63,934 nt of DNA, filler included, from Octopus bimaculoides (GCF_001194135.2; 6 parts of 6 records of this genome joined end to end with filler, not necessarily neighbours in it), one strand, 5' to 3'; positions 27,621-42,410 are shown, counted from the first letter of the whole stretch. Translations and numbers: made by a program. Notes: generated by a model not told the origin, from the letters alone.

Positions 27621-28807
27621 CTGGTAAAAATATCAGGCAATTTTTATCTATATCTCACATCATAACAAAAGGGAGACCAAATTAAACAATATACTGCTTG
27701 TTACACCCTGAAAGCAAAAAACTTGTGTGAGTAACACAGGAATACATTTGAAGAGAGATATAGGGTGAGACACTAAAAAGAAGATAAACTGGAATTCTTT
27801 CATGAAACAAAAGAACAGCAGTGTATGCTGTAGTTGGGAATTGAAACCACGACACAGAGATTATAAAATACTAATTTTATTTCCGTACACCTTCACACCG
27901 GACTGCGAAATAATTCCAATTTATTACAAATGGTCGTCGCAAAGAAAATTATATATTTTTCCTTAAATAAACAGAATATTTATCGTTGTTTTATATCCTT
28001 CAGGTCAACCCCGATTGAACAGATCAGTGACCAAAGCTGATGACTATTGCGGCCATTATATATTTAATGGTACTTAATTCTTCATTATGACTTTCCCTTT
28101 TATAATAGTTTGAAATTTGAGGGCGATTTGGTGGCTATATCTAGCACAGCAAACGGCATTTTGAAAGCTCCTTTGTCAACTAGTAAATGTAGTATATTAA
28201 TCTGGAGATCATTCTCTTTATCAAAATATCTTAACAGCACTATCTGATTTTATGCCATACATGTCAAGGACAGTGTTCTGGAGACTGCGTCAGAGCCCCC
28301 TCTCTCTCTCTCTCTCTCTCCAACTCTCTCTGTAACTCTCCATTTATATCTCTCGCTAGTTCTCTCTCACGTACTTCTTCCCTCTTTATCCTTTCTCTCG
28401 TAAAACTCTTCACGCTTTAGCAACCCATAGACCCACACAGATACACGCTCACATATACATTCATACACACAACATAAACACAACACGCACCCATATATAT
28501 GCAAACATATAAATAGCACCACACCACAAATATATATGCACACACATACTATATATATATACAAGTATATATATTGAGAGAAAGAGAGTGAAAGAGAGTG
28601 AAAGTGGAATGAGAGAGAGATAGACATATATACATATAGGTACACATATATTCATATATTCACAAAAATACATGCACATATATATGTACGCGTGAGTGGA
28701 AGTTTTGGTATTTGTGTGTCTGCATACGAATGTGCGCGCGCGCGCGTGTTGTAAGGTTCAGTAAACTGTTGCAACTTGGCTGATAGCCAACATGAATAAA
28801 TGAACAG

Positions 28808-29038
28808 ATGGACATTTTGACGTCATCAATTGAAAAGGTGAAATATAAAATATTTAGCTATCTCATGCCATAGCAATATGAGATTTATCATTGGACCTCT
28901 GTTACAAGATGTTATCGCTATAGGGAATCACAATGGCTGAATGATATGAAGAGTTACTATTTAATCCATTTATTGATCAGTGGTGTGATTGTATCCCATC
29001 GGTGGCGTTGTAGGAGTCACGCTAGAAGGAATCGATAG
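28808..29038 (+). pseudogene. Possible decayed ankyrin-like remnant
   Basis: MDILTSSIEKVKYKIFSYLMP*...YYLIHLLISGVIVSH; one internal stop in 77 codons. Confidence 0.35.
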
Positions 29039-29449
29039 AATTGCAGACTTCCAGCCAGGAGGCGGGCGGAAGTTGGTCTGGATGGTTCATGAAATCTCAT
29101 TGGCATAGTGCCTTGTCCATGGTCCCAGACACACAGGGGCCGAACGATCCAGTCAGCTCAGTTGCAAGTGTTTATTGCAAGGTTTTAGTGCTGGCAGTGA
29201 TGAAGTTATTGTTTTTGTTATTGTGGCTATTTTCGATAATATTTATCTCCCGGTCAACATTACGATGATTAAGCAGCCCAAAGATCAAAGCTTTGAAACA
29301 ATGACCATCGCATAATGTTTTTCGGTTTTATTGTCTACGATATCCAATCTTGTTTTCATAAAATGTCCGGGACTGTAAAATAGTAAATTCTTTATTGGTG
29401 TTGATATTGTTTCTGCTTTGTTTTTATATATATCCGTAGGTATTGCTCT

Positions 29450-29750
29450 GTAGTTACGCAGCTCGCTTTGCAATCACGTGGTTACGGATTCAGTTCCGCT
29501 GCACAGCACCTGTACGAATCTCTTCTACTGTAGGTCCGGACTGGTCAATCAATGTGAGTGAAGTTGGTTAACAAAAATGAGTGGAAGCCCATCCTATATA
29601 TAAGTGTATTCTCATGTCATTGTGCCTATATTTCTTCTCCGCCCAACGTCGGGAGTAAGAAATTGCGTTGATTTTTGCGAATAAAACACTTCGCGGCGGT
29701 GACCCAGCTTGACCGCAGTAAAAGATGCAAGAACAAGAGCTAAAAGATAA
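29450..29750 (+). mobile_element. tRNA-SINE family A (old copy)
   Basis: cacgtggttacggattcagttccgctgcacagcacc...cttctactgtagg...gtggaagccc...ttgaccgcagt. Confidence 0.65.
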
Positions 29751-31366
29751 CGTTTAGTTATAGATTTGAGGGAAATGTTTAACTAATGTAGCAGGCCACA
29801 CAACGTTTAGGCCCCGGATCTTAGAGATTAAGATCCCTGGTATAATATAGGGTGTTGCAGTTTATTTACTGCAGTGAGTGGCATTAAGACACTTTTTTTT
29901 CCTTTCAGAGTATTACTGCTTTGATTACCGAATAAATATTAAACACTGTGTTCACTTCTTTAATCTCTTCTTTACAGTGGAAGCGACAGTATTAATATTG
30001 TGCTTGATCTGATAAGGACACTTATAAAACCGGCTTCAAATCAAAACATATCGTTCTGAAGCTGGATATACATTTTAGATAATCTAGTCTTAAAGACTGT
30101 AGAAAACATCCTGGTATCATGATTTGAATAATTTTAGTCATAGATTTTCGGCAACAAAGTTTTCTTCAAGGACTTACGAGCGGAGAGTGCAATAAAGTAG
30201 AATTGTGTACCAAACTATGAAGGTTACAAATACGATTATTATAATTTGTTGTAGAAGAATAGGAAATTCCTCAGAAACCTGATAGTGTGCATAGGGCCAC
30301 CAATGAGATAATCTGCCAAAGGACCTCTTTGTGGTCGATCGGCATGCTAGAATTAGGAACCAAATCACTCAGCTGTTAATGTGTAATTTTCAAACTCGAA
30401 GCACACCTTCGACATTGATACGCTGGATAGACAAGGAAGCATAAAAATAGGTATTCCTTGTTGAAATATTTTTTTCTTTATTATATACTGTAGTTGTTCT
30501 TCGCTGAACAGAAACAACAATTAAAAGTAAACCACTTAATTTCCAAATGTGAAATGAGAAATAATCTTATGTTTCAACTCGTTGAAAATTAACCAAACGA
30601 AGATAAACAAACACTTATTAGGAGTTAATAAAGTTGTGTTGACATCAACCAAGTTTGTGATACCAGTTTCAATTCCCGATAGAAAGTATATACACAACGT
30701 CCGTAATTAATTATAGAGAATTAGAAAGACATTCACATCAAATATATCATTTTCACCTACATTGCCATAAAACAAAATGAAACTAATCACCAATTAAGAG
30801 AAACTCCTGATCAATAACACAGTAAACCTCAATCAATTGACGCTAATTTTCACGCTAATTGTGGAGAACAGGAAACAAATCACATCCACCGTGAGAGTTA
30901 ATGATATTTATCACGTCAAGCTCAAGGGATTTGATACAATCCTCTCATACATACAAATACAATGTACTGCTATACGGAGACACACGCACTTCTAAGATGA
31001 AGGATTAAGAAGCAAATGAGGGAGCCTGCATAAAGTTAATTAACCTGCCAGAAATAACAGCTGAATATCATATACAACCATCACACACAAAGACGGGATG
31101 TGTAACGAAGCATTTTTAGGTTAAGTTTTACCTGCAGCTAAACAATAATAATAACGAGAAATAATCGGAGATTGGTAGTTAATAGAAGATAACATACATA
31201 GTAAATATATACAACATAAAAATCAGGCGGCATAGGAGGTGAATATGTTTATCTAACCACTGGACACCTTTAGGTGTACGACCGTTTTGCAGCCTTTATC
31301 ATGTAATAATTTCAGTATATAATAAATAATTTTACATGTCTTTACTAAGCTGCACGCTAAGTATTA

Positions 31367-31497
31367 TACAGAGTGTCCACAAGGTCTGGGTACATGGAGT
31401 AAATAAAATCATAACATAAACAATTAAATCTAAGAAATATTAATTTCTTAAAGTATGTGTTAATTCTTGTGTACCCAAACTGCGTGGACACCCTGTA
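31367..31497. mobile_element. Tc1/mariner-type MITE with TA target-site duplication
   Basis: TA-cagagtgtccacaaggtctgggtaca ... tgtacccaaactgcgtggacaccctg-TA; 26-bp TIRs matching at 21 of 26 positions. Confidence 0.85.
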
Positions 31498-31981
31498 TAA
31501 CATGATGGCATATTTACAAATCATTGCAGATAAAAAAAAAATCTAGCACACCAGATCACTATAGCATGATCTGATGAGCTAGACTTTTTCATTTTTATCC
31601 CCTCTGATTTGTAACTGTATATTTGTATTATATAATGTGTAGCATGCATATTAGTCAAATAATTTATTGTACACTGATATTTTTATTACACCTTGAAAGT
31701 TGCCAAAATCCCCAATTCCTAAGGATAACAAGTGGTTAACTAAATATATTCACACCTCATAACTCCTGAATATTGTATGGTTTATACACTCCTCAGGAAG
31801 TAATTTCAACGACTGGATCCCCAGGATTTCAGTCGCATAGAACTCTGTTTGATACTCCACCGTATTGGATTACTATGGGGATTACCTTGAGAGCCACATG
31901 AGTCTATGAATCCTGATATTACACTACAAATTTAATAAATATATATATATATATATGTATCTAACAATATACATACATTTA

Positions 31982-32023
<42 letters not shown>

Positions 32024-32294
32024 TATGTTTGGTTGGGTGTGTTCTACTTTACTGTTTGCGCTACAGGGCATATGGCAATGAACTATCAATTAGGGAAACC
32101 CCTTAATTGTTTCAGTGCCAGCAACGGTTTCGAGCAACTTTGATGCTACCAATAAATATATTCATCATTTTAGACTACTTTGTAATACATTTTTTTCTTC
32201 CATTCACACTACTACCACGCCAGTCTGGATACAGCTGAAGCCAGTTGTGAAGGGCAGTATTTTGTTTCAGTAAACGGAAAAGAGTGACGGGTGA

Positions 32295-32638
32295 AGGGTA
32301 AAGACCCACTACTGTCACGAATGACCATAGTATTGCACCTGGAAAGTTACACTCCGAGGCACAAGTCCGAGCATCGTTGTTTATTCCAGACTAGCAGTCA
32401 CCCATGGACATCAGCCTCATCTCTCCACGCCGCCGATGTTATCCATGGGGAAGGCAAAAACCGATACAGCTTGGTAACAGTGATGTCGTAACTCATTTCT
32501 ACAGCTGAATGGAACCGAAGCAACGTGAAAATAAAGTGTCTTGCTTAAGATCACAACCCACAGATCGGTCCGGGAATCGAACTCACTATATCAAGATATT
32601 GAGATCGACACTCTAACCTCTGAGCCACGCGCCTTCAC
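32295..32638 (-). mobile_element. tRNA-SINE family C with RTE-like tail
   Basis: The minus strand begins gtgaaggcgcgtggctcagaggttagag...gagttcgattccc (A and B boxes). The tail gaatgaccatagtattgcacctggaaagtt also occurs at 53805-53859. Confidence 0.8.
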
Positions 32639-35600
32639 TTTCGTTCTGTACTTGCTAAAAATTGCATATCTGCCTTTGCTCTGCAACTGTTTCCTTATAT
32701 ATATGCCATTTACTTTGAAACTATATAAATGAAATATGTTCTGCTTCAGTCTGTAGCTCGCGAGATTACAATCCACTGGAAGACATTTGGGGCATTATTT
32801 ATGTATACATTAAATATTAATGCATATTGCACGGCGAATATTGCAATTTTCATTTACTATTTTTAGTCTTTCATATATTCGGCTCTTTCTTTCATGTGCC
32901 AACACCATTTACCTGTCAGAGAATTCTCAGCTCATCAATCAGGATTTTTCTTTTAGCCAGACCTGGGCCATGATGTCGTATCGTTTCTGCCTTGTTACAA
33001 TATGCCTTGCTAGAAGCGACATCCTTCGGATTCCTTTGCAAATTCCCGTAATAGAACCATTCAGAAGCTTGCGTCTCGGTATTCGTTTCTTTACGAGTCT
33101 TTCAAGTCTTTTCTCCTCTATCGGCGGAAAACAAATGGGTACAATTAGTGTTGATTATAATTGCATTGCCAGTATCAATATGACACTCACAGTCTTTCAA
33201 GAAGGTTGCTGAAGGTTTCGTTACACCCCAGCGTATACTCCGCTTTAAGTGATTTGAGGGCAGGCAGAATATATATTGCTATGATTTATAGTCACGACAC
33301 TGATTACAGATTTTACAGTGAAACTCTGTTTGGAAATGGAAGCCTGCGTTAACTATACTATTTTTTGCATATTTTATAATATCCTTTTTTGCTCGGCATA
33401 CTCAGGCACCCATGGCACGAAAAGCTTTCAAAGCAAACTGTTTTAGTTGCAAATTCTAGTCAATATGTTGGATTACCTCTTTCAAATTATCTTGCTTGCT
33501 TTGTTGGTGGAATATTGAATTGTTGTAGAGACGGTTGTAATGTAGCCAGTATATAGCTGATAGAGATCCGTACTGAGCACTATTCGTTTTGTAAACGTAA
33601 AGATGATGTAATATAATACGTATAAAATGATATAATAAAAATATAATACATACTATAAATATATACATAGACTTACACACATATGTATATGAATGTGTAT
33701 AAATATATATATATATATATNNNNNNNNNNNNNNNNNNNNNNNNNNNNNNNNNNNNNNNNNNNNNNNNNNNNNNNNNNNNNNNNNNNNNNNNNNNNNNNN
33801 NNNNNNNNNNNNNNNNNNNNNNNNNNNNNNNNNNNNNNNNNNNNNNNNNNNNNNNNNNNNNNNNNNNNNNNNNNNNNNNNNNNNNNNNNNNNNNNNNNNN
33901 NNNNNNNNNNNNNNNNNNNNNNNNNNNNNNNNNNNNNNNNNNNNNNNNNNNNNNNNNNNNNNNNNNNNNNNNNNNNNNNNNNNNNNNNNNNNNNNNNNNN
34001 NNNNNNNNNNNNNNNNNNNNNNNNNNNNNNNNNNNNNNNNNNNNNNNNNNNNNNNNNNNNNNNNNNNNNNNNNNNNNNNNNNNNNNNNNNNNNNNNNNNN
34101 NNNNNNNNNNNNNNNNNNNNNNNNNNNNNNNNNNNNNNNNNNNNNNNNNNNNNNNNNNNNNNNNNNNNNNNNNNNNNNNNNNNNNNNNNNNNNNNNNNNN
34201 NNNNNNNNNNNNNNNNNNNNNNNNNNNNNNNNNNNNNNNNNNNNNNNNNNNNNNNNNNNNNNNNNNNNNNNNNNNNNNNNNNNNNNNNNNNNNNNNNNNN
34301 NNNNNNNNNNNNNNNNNNNNNNNNNNNNNNNNNNNNNNNNNNNNNNNNNNNNNNNNNNNNNNNNNNNNNNNNNNNNNNNNNNNNNNNNNNNNNNNNNNNN
34401 NNNNNNNNNNNNNNNNNNNNNNNNNNNNNNNNNNNNNNNNNNNNNNNNNNNNNNNNNNNNNNNNNNNNNNNNNNNNNNNNNNNNNNNNNNNNNNNNNNNN
34501 NNNNNNNNNNNNNNNNNNNNNNNNNNNNNNNNNNNNNNNNNNNACACACACACGTATATATAAATGCACTCCTGTTTTGAGTTCGTGTTCCTCTTTGTAT
34601 AAACAAACAATTCTTACTTCATACACAGACACACATACATACTCCCCCACACAGGTACACTTATACATATATGATATTCCATTTCCTTGGATCATATACT
34701 ATACATCATATATAATGTGCAGTATCAGACTTCAATAATTCAGTCCACATTGAGGATTTCAGATTTTCTTGTATTCGCAATTTCAAAGAACTACTTGTCT
34801 CTCTATTACAAGATGATCCATGAATGCATGGATTCTTATAGATGGATGACTGATCCAGTCAGCCTTCGGTTATTTTATCTTTGTTAAAATATCTGTTAAA
34901 TCCATGTTAATGTGCCAAAATAGCTCTTAATGAATGAATATTCGGTTTTATAGCATGTAGACTATTGCATCGAGAAGTTATATACCACGATACAAACGAA
35001 TTGTATTTCAATAAATTGATAGGTATGTAATGCTCTATGCGAAATATTGGCTGCCGTACAATATCTTTTGCAGCATTAATGAGTATATGACACATACTTT
35101 ATGTTCAAGGATATTAAATAAGGACCGGCGGTCAACGATATTCGAATACAATATTACTTATCGCTGTAATTGAAAAATAAAATAATATCTTTGCAATATA
35201 CCGAAGAAATTCTTTGATTCTAAAAATGATTTGAAGACCGATTAGACGCAGAGATATTCGGTGGTAAACCACCCATAAAAATATGATCATTCTTATATCT
35301 TACGTTACAGTGAAGGCCGATAGGAGAGGAGTACAACCACATATTGCAACTTCAATACATGTACTGATGAAGAAATGAAATTAATAATTGCTCCGAGCCG
35401 ACCCTTATTCGATATTTAATACGCACTATCACAGATCTGACAATTCTGCATCGCACAGTACTCGATGGTTTAGTTTTACAAACAGGTTCGAAGAGATTTT
35501 ATTGGTTATTTTCGCAACATTATTTTCAGCATCCTTATTGTAAATGGCGATTACGAGAGCGATATTGTTCAAGAGAGATTTAAGCACTAGTCAATATATG

Positions 35601-35899
35601 CACTTGCAATGCTTTGAATGACACAACAATGGTCATTTCAGGAAACTGAAGTCAACTTCATCGAAATGGATTGATGTCCCCAGTGAGTACACCTGTATCG
35701 ATGATATGTTACATAAACTTCTTAGCTAACATAAACTTTTTCGGTATGCAAATTAGGTACTCCTTCATAGAGTAACTGCTGCATTTGTTGAGGATATAAA
35801 CAGTTTGCCTGTTTGTGTGTCTGGAGACCATCAGAATGGTGTAGACGCTTTTGAGGGAAACCCAATGAGGTTCGAAAATCGATTAAGGTTGTTCAGCAT

Positions 35900-36190
35900 T
35901 TTTTTTTCAATCTGCTGAGAAATGGCTAAAATTTGCCCTGTTTATAAATATACCATATGTTACAGACACATAGCCTCTAACCTCACCAGATCTCAATCTA
36001 CTGGACTATTATGTAGAGGAGTAGTCGAGAGAGAGCGTTCAATCAACACTCCAGGAACACGATAGATTCTCTGAAGACCACCATAACTAATAATGTCTAA
36101 AATCGATAACGATAATCTGATTCGGGTCCTTCAACACTTCCGACCCTGTCTTGAAGCAGCCACATGCGCTAATGGTTGATTAATTGAATA
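35900..36190 (+). mobile_element. Mariner-family transposase C-terminal relic
   Basis: *PLTSPDLNLLDYYV (cf. WPPNSPDLNPLDYYVW), followed by ...DSLKTTI...FRPCLEAATCANG*LIE*. Confidence 0.75.
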
Positions 36191-37053
36191 GACGTGATGA
36201 AATGATTCTCAAGATTATTTGCACCAATTTATTTACATCTACACTTTTCGTTTGATGAGTTATGCATAATTTTCTAAATTCATACAAATGACATACATGA
36301 ACTGACACACACATATACAGATTTACATGAGCATACACGCACACGTACACACACACACGCACACATACACATACACACACACATACATACACACACACAC
36401 ACATGTACATTTATGTAACAGTCTTCTCGGCATAGTTCTGGCCTTCGTTATATACTGATAAATAATGATACATACATCTGTTTTGTGTAATAGATTTTGA
36501 GTCCTGTAATTTCATTTCCTTTATAATTTTGAGAAAAACACTTTCACCTTAACAGCGTTTATTTTGTCGTATAATTCTTAAATAAACTCTATTGTATACA
36601 CTTATGATAAACTTCCATAAGTTTAAACAAAATGAAATGTGGTATTTCTAAGACTTGCATGCAAAATAATATATATATTAATACTCATGGGACCGTCTTC
36701 GTTTTCATAATGTTCTTTCAGACACAGCCGAGTTCACGATTGCATAATAAACAACAATATGCGTGTGTATCTGGTTCGATTAGTTTCAAGTTCTTTTCCT
36801 GCCTGGTTACTCATGTTTCCATACCACGTCTAAACACACAAGTGATGCCTATCAGATTGGTACTTATATATATACATACATCTGCTTTATGCAATGTAAT
36901 TGAAGATCTTACACACTGTTTCATAGTATATCGCTTAAAATATATAGAATAATACTGAAATATTTACGATATCTAGATTTTGTGTGAAACATTTTTGTGA
37001 TCAATATGTCTGTCTCTGTCTCTCTATCTATTTAACTATTTATCTAACCACCA

Positions 37054-37153
37054 NNNNNNNNNNNNNNNNNNNNNNNNNNNNNNNNNNNNNNNNNNNNTTA
37101 ATTAATTAANNNNNNNNNNNNNNNNNNNNNNNNNNNNNNNNNNNNNNNNNNNN
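37054..37153. other. Artificial gap spacer N44-TTAATTAATTAA-N44
   Basis: Same 100-bp structure. Confidence 0.95.
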
Positions 37154-37560
37154 GGTCTATAGTTTTGTGGTTTCTCCGTTTCCGTGGATTTGGGGATTAA
37201 GATGGTTTTCCCTTTTGTGAGCCATTCAGGCATTGTTTCTGGATCTGCTATTATGTTGTTAAAGTTTTCTGCCAGCTTTTTATGCAGTGCTGGCAGGTGT
37301 TTTAACCAGAAATTGGGGATCTTGTCGTGTCCAGGTGCTTTCCAGTTGCTTAGTCTTTGCAGTGTCTGGGTGACCTCTTCAGTTGTTATAGGGGCCCAGA
37401 GTTGCTCAGGTGCTAAGTTCGTTGTTTTAATGGTCCTTTTTTGGGGTTGTTGCTTCACCGACCATATTTGTTTCCAGAATTTCTCTAGTTCTTCTGCTGT
37501 TGGTGCTGAAGTAATGTCTATTCTCTAGTTCTTCTGCTGTTGGTGCTGAAGTAATGTCTA
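37154..37560 (-). mobile_element. R4/Dong-type LINE, RT N-terminal fragment
   Basis: APITTEEVTQTLQRLSNWKAPGHDKIPNFWLKHL...MPEWLTKGKTILIPK...KPQNYR; open into the gap. Confidence 0.92.
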
Positions 37561-37561
37561 T

Positions 37562-37564
37562 TTA

Positions 37565-37639
<75 letters not shown>

Positions 37640-38358
37640 TAATTTTATTTTCATAGCATGCTTTCACTTCACTACCGAGCGCAGCTCTGTGTGTCTTGGG
37701 TATGTGCTGTGGTTTGCTGTGATGCTCTTATGGTTATTGTATTGAAAATGTTTTGCGTAGGCTGTGTGCAGTGCCCAGTAGTGCAATTTTCTGTATGTTA
37801 TATATATTTGTAAGTCCTAGTGTTTTTGTTATGCATTTGTCTGAATATTTTTTATCATACCTGGTTTTAGATTCTACGTTCGAGTTACCTCTATTTCCAG
37901 GTCTTTGTATTTTGAAAGTTTCTCCATTTCTATTAGGGAAACGTTGTCATATGCCAGTATTGATACATCAATTAGAAAGCATTTTTTCCTTCATGATCTC
38001 TGACAACTATATCTGGCCTATTGGCCTTAATTTATCTATCTGTGTGTATTGGCATATCTTAGGGTATTGTTGCTTTCTCGTTTTCTGTGACCTTTTCTGG
38101 CGTGTGCCTATACCATCTTTTTTCTGTTGTTATTCCATAGTGTTGGCATAGCTTCCAGTGTATATAGGTCCCAGCTCTGTCGTATCTGTGAATATATTCC
38201 TTCTTAGCCAGGACTGGGCAGCCAGAGATAATATGATTTATTGTTTCTTGTCCATCCCCACATATTCTACAGTTACTTGTTATGTTTCTTTTCATTATAT
38301 GTTTTTGGTAATTTCTGGTGAGGAGGCTTTTGTCTTGTGCTGCAAATAAAAATCCTTC
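37562..38358 (-). mobile_element. 5'-truncated R4/Dong-type RLE LINE with (AAT)n tail
   Basis: EGFLFAAQD...CRICGDGQETINHIISGCPVL...HW, ANRPDIVV, QKIALLGTAHSLRK*, 3' UTR, then the AAT tail. Confidence 0.93.
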
Positions 38359-38371
38359 ATTATTATTATTA

Positions 38372-38424
<53 letters not shown>

Positions 38425-39089
38425 GAGTGAGCAGCGCATGCCATCAAAGTGACACTGGGGTAAAATATACGAAGCCCATTATACCCATTATGACTACCCG
38501 TCTGATTAGGGTACACCAGGCACATGCATCACAACCATATGTGCGTGACATGGTGATCTCATATCAAGATAAACAGCGCATGACCTCGCAGGTAGGGCCC
38601 AGTTAGAATTTTCTTCAGGTCGAGTAGCCTATTCCGCTCAAAAGGTCACTGAATAAGGTTTTTTTTAAGGATGTTGAGCAAAACATCCATGTTTCCAAAC
38701 GTGAATTATTCAAACCCCAAAGAATTCTTCTCAACACATGGCTATGATGCTCCCCCACTACTTCTGCTCCTGATCAGAGATGCACATATCGTCAGCCACC
38801 AAGGAACATGCTCAAATGGTTATGGTCAAACAACTAACAAGCAAATCTGTGTTATTAAGCAGAATATTTGCTGTAGCACATCTTTTATACCAAGACAAAA
38901 CAATGTACATGATAACACTTCCAATCAATTAAGATCAGAAGGCATGAGAATCACTGCCTGGTACTGCATCCGGGCATTTATTATCATTATTATTTCGTAT
39001 CTATATATATCTATGTCACCACGATAGACTAGTAAGAATTGCTTAGTTATCATGGGATATCCTTAGGCTCATATTTCTCAATTGTATTA

Positions 39090-39374
39090 ATGGCCAAAGA
39101 GGACGGTATTTTACATGCCTGACTGTATCTGATAGGGTTAGGAGTAAAGAAAATAAGGCTTGTATGATGACTGTATACTCTAATTAGGGCAACTTCCATC
39201 GCTTCTTGTGTGGCCGAGGAGTTGATATGTAAGGAATTATATATTTTATGCTTGCCATATTGTGCTATGTACTTTGCTCTCCCCCTGTGTATTTCATATG
39301 TACATTCCAAGAAGATACATTTTGTAAAATTTTGTTTAAACTGTGAGTCTTATGTGCAAACTATACAGTATTAA
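39090..39374 (+). pseudogene. Possible decayed ankyrin-like remnant
   Basis: MAKEDGILHA*LYLIGLGVKK...ISYVHSKKIHFVKFCLNCESYV; three internal stops in 95 codons. Confidence 0.3.
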
Positions 39375-39676
39375 AGGCGAATACGTTTGAGAAACGCATC
39401 GCTCATTCCCAGATGAAACAGTACAAAAGTCTCGAATTACCATCCAGCAATACAAAAGCTGTGTCAATTCCCATCATTTCGAAATCCAGCGTTTGAAAGA
39501 CTTGTCACCGGTTCTTTGGTCGGTAAAGCTCAGACATACACGATCCCGAGTAAATTTATCTATTTACGATAACCTCGTAATGATGATGTGATGGTGATGT
39601 TGGGATCTGATGTAGTGGCTATCATGAAGATGATGACGATGGTGATAAGCGGTAGCAGCAACACTAGTAGCAGTAA

Positions 39677-39744
<68 letters not shown>

Positions 39745-40975
39745 ATGGTTTTGATGATGCGGTGGTGTATATATTGAAAGTATTGATAAAGAATACAGTT
39801 TTAGTTCGATTCTTTCATCGAACGTTCTCAAAGATAGAATGCTCTGTGCTTCCGGTGGAGTCATTATTAATACTGAAGATGCACTTTTCAAGCTGTTAAC
39901 TGCATATTTTACCATTTATTTAAGGATATTTACTATCTGAGAAGAAATTGCAAAGCATTTGCCTTGTTATCTTTTTCTATGATTGAGATAACGTGCAGTT
40001 TAGGCTGGATTTTGACTCACACATTTTCAATATCAACTTTTTATGAGTATTGGCAGCCATATTGTTGTTCTTGCTTTTGATGTTGCTGCGGTTCATATTG
40101 CAGTTATTAAACATCAGGCTTGTGCTGATCAAAAGTATACGAACCCTCACCATTGATTCTTTTATTCATGCATAGTATGAATCACTACAGTGTCTAATAT
40201 ATTCTGCTTTGTTTAGTTTTGTTTTCTTGTTAAGACTGATGATGGTTTGAGAGACATTTGGTTAATATTACTTGCAGATAGTATCACCACGTATCCTTTG
40301 TTGGGTCGCAAACACATTTCTCGATCAAATCGTAATGACCTCAGTCATTACAGAAAAAAAACTCAACTACTTCAAAAGCTCGAAAATGTAGGTAAAAACA
40401 ATGTGTGTGTGGGGGGGGGTGTATTGCGAAATCTTAACGTTAAGATAATTCTCAATAATAGAACGAGACCAGACAAATGTCTCGTTTTGAACCATAGTCC
40501 ACTCTATGCTCTTTTTATAGATACACAGATAAAATGTAGTTTGGACTAATCTACATATATAACCTGAACTTCTTTGTACATTTTATGTGAGTGTATTAAA
40601 ACAGTACATGTTCTATTTCTTCATCCCTATGTTTTTCTCTCTTTTTCTTTCGCAGAGTCTTCTCATGGAAACAATTGTTGCTGTTGATGTTCTTGATGTC
40701 TTAACAATTCTTTTTGTTGTTCTTGTTGTTTTCATTGCTACTGTGTTACTCCATACTTCTGTTTCCGCAATCATGTTCACAGCCTTCCAGCATCAACTTC
40801 CGGTTGAAGAGCATATCCGCTTTCCTCGCGATTCCTTTTGTGCTGATAACAACCACTTCCTTACTGCAAGACATGCTCGCTCTAATGGTTATTTATATAT
40901 TTATTTTCTTTCAATAAATGTTTTTGTGGTATTTGGTGCGGAATTATAAAAACACGAGCAACAGTCGTTTAGATA

Positions 40976-41017
<42 letters not shown>

Positions 41018-41243
41018 ACATAATTTATATTGGTAGAAAAGTAGAAAAAGAGGGCATATATACCCTTGGATAAAACATCCAAGGTTATATTTTTTCCCTC
41101 TGAGGATATTATAGTCAGGTCATATAAATTTACTATTCACTTAATATTTACTGAGTATTAATTGAAACAGCTGTGAAGAATGATGATTAATTTGCTTTTA
41201 ATAATAACCAATTAACTTCCCAATCTTCATTTTCTTTTTCTTC

Positions 41244-41328
<85 letters not shown>

Positions 41329-41554
41329 TTGTATATACGATTATACATATGATTAATCTCTATGTACATATATAGAGATTAATCATAACATAAGTATTAA
41401 TTATAGTTTAAGCATCCGCTTCTTGAAGACAGTAAGACAGATACATTTTACATCGGTATATAGTTCTGTAAATAAGTGAGAGAGAGAGAGAGAGAAATAT
41501 GTTTGTGTGTGTTTTAGCGCGCGCGCGTTTGTGCTTGTGTGTGTGTGTGTGTGT

Positions 41555-41599
<45 letters not shown>

Positions 41600-42336
41600 C
41601 GTAGAATGCACAACTGCTGATTAGAGGATTTGGTGTGCCAAAGTATTTATAAGTACCAAGGCCGGAAAAATTGCCGGACAAGCCTTTATAACAACATGTG
41701 ATTAGATATATTCTGAAGAAATTTCTTCAACAATCAAATACAGAAATGAAGTACGAATTACAACAATGGGACCAACTTAGAAGAACTGAAGCCGAATGGT
41801 TAAAAGTATGCACGATTTACTTATTGGCTGACAGCTATAGTTTGTGATTGTGGCTGTTGTGTTGGTGGTGGTATTGCTGGATGCAACTGGGGAATTGGTT
41901 TTAGTGCTTCAGTTATTTCCGGGATAGGTTCTAATGTAAGTGATGTTGTTCCTTTTGTTGTAGTTGTTGTTGTATGAGGAGGTGGAGGAGAAATAGGATT
42001 AGGAAGGGGAGGGAATGCGGTGAAGAAGGGAGGAGTAATATTCTGAACTGGTAGTTTTAGTTATTTGGTGGGGTGTAGTTAATTGTAGAGTTAATGATAA
42101 TGGTGAAGTGGGAGACATCCAAAGATTTAATTATGACAGTTGAAGGACAAGAATATTTCTTCATTAGAACAACAAAGATCAAATGAACTATTTCTATTTA
42201 CCATTCTCTCAAGATATTCCTGAAACTTTTTTTAATTTGTTTACGTCAGGTCTCTTTAACACTTCTCACATTTTCATTCTATTTAGCTCTGTCATCTTTT
42301 TACATCTCACATTTTTTCGTTGTTTTATAATGGTTG

Positions 42337-42410
<74 letters not shown>

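Noticed and set aside
32850-33340. Long, mostly open minus frames (TPR-like or RTE C-terminus-like)
   Set aside because: Different frames support different weak interpretations; none is decisive without a search.
34740-35260. Ankyrin-like words (FAISKNYL, AAVQYLLQH)
   Set aside because: Eight or more stops in the frame; indistinguishable from chance.
35640-35860. Two candidate small exons (KLKSTSSKWIDVP; VTAAFVEDINSLPVC...)
   Set aside because: Phases are incompatible with each other and there is no partner exon.
41830-42060. Minus-strand Pro/Thr-rich open frame (mucin-like)
   Set aside because: Low-complexity purine/pyrimidine-skewed DNA with no start codon or supporting exons.
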